Origin: a virus
Taxonomy: Duplodnaviria > Caudoviricetes
Virus record (IMG/VR): IMGVR_UViG_3300012971_000079
Coordinates: 1-24,046 of that record
Strand: one strand, 5' to 3'
Length of the DNA: 24,046 bases
The notes under the pieces are model-generated. The model searched no databases. It was not told where the DNA came from and worked only from the letters and a program-made list of their open reading frames with translations. The translations under genes and the position numbers were made by a program. Positions 23,447 to 24,046 of the stretch are shown piece after piece; within the stretch, counting starts at the first letter, position 1; every line of letters starts with the position of its first letter.

Positions 23447-24046
23447 ATGGAGGGCTACACGGTTTATGGAGAGGAAAGGCGGTTAGAGGGGCAACTCCTT
23501 GACCGTGTAGCCCTTGTCTGCGGTAATGCCGAAACCGTTTTTGACGATTTGACCGAGGCGCTTAGAATGTTTGAGTCGCCGGCCATATTCGGAGTCAATG
23601 AAATCGGTTGCTACCTCGGGTTGATCCATCATTGGGTTTCGTTACACGGCGATAAGTTATCCCGATGGGTAGCGGTCAGGCGCGCGGAACCTTCGGTTTG
23701 GCAAGAGTTTAAAACCCACACATCGAGTACGGCGATAGCGCCAGCCGATTATATTTGGAAAATTGAACCCTGCACGTTTCCATTGAGCGGGCTATTTGCC
23801 GCCCAGATCGCCTACATCATGGGGGCGGAAAAGATCATTTTATGCGGTTGTCCGGGCGATGGAACGAGGCGGTTTTTTGATCGCAAGCCGCGCATTGATT
23901 ACAGCTACGGCGGCGGGGAAACGCCCGGCGACCAGCGCGACCGAGAGCATCTTTTACAAGAACTTAATCGAGTGCCCGAGTTAAGGAAAAGATTAAAGTC
24001 TATGTCAGGGCGGATGCGGACGATTTTAGGGGGGCCTAATGCGTAA
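23447..24046 (+). CDS. DUF115/MptE-like (sialyltransferase-like Rossmann fold) enzyme
   Basis: VALVCGNA, IFGVN, HHWVSLH, SGLFAAQIAYIMGAEKIILCGCP; start probably ATG23447. Confidence 0.6.
   Translation: MEGYTVYGEERRLEGQLLDRVALVCGNAETVFDDLTEALRMFESPAIFGVNEIGCYLGLIHHWVSLHGDKLSRWVAVRRAEPSVWQEFKTHTSSTAIAPADYIWKIEPCTFPLSGLFAAQIAYIMGAEKIILCGCPGDGTRRFFDRKPRIDYSYGGGETPGDQRDREHLLQELNRVPELRKRLKSMSGRMRTILGGPNA

Overview
The window is a 24-kb segment of a podovirus-type dsDNA phage. Its head module resembles the Bordetella BPP-1/T7-like head-tail-connector type, and every credible gene is on the + strand. Gene order: tail fibre (start outside the window), two internal virion proteins, a compact early/replication block, terS, endonuclease VII, terL, portal, scaffold, major capsid protein, a putative decoration protein and a DUF115/MptE-like enzyme. 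The early block holds a Ner/Cro-like HTH, two secreted proteins, Zn-finger microproteins, a VRR-NUC nuclease, a Sak4-like AAA ATPase, a Xis/MerR-like HTH and a DUF1376-type initiator with an internal iteron array. No integrase, CI-type repressor, polymerase, helicase, endolysin or reverse transcriptase is visible. Three things stand out. (1) Small accessory genes sit at core-gene boundaries flanked by duplicated copies of the neighbouring gene's start or end, most clearly the A-X-B-A-Y-B slot at 20731-21372 and the duplicated portal start. (2) A predicted antisense-RNA-controlled translational switch lies at 10530-10657, ahead of a secreted protein. (3) A 330-nt structured leader precedes the capsid gene, with a mirrored internal-loop motif and an H-type pseudoknot. 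Family assignments come from motif recognition by eye, not from database searches.
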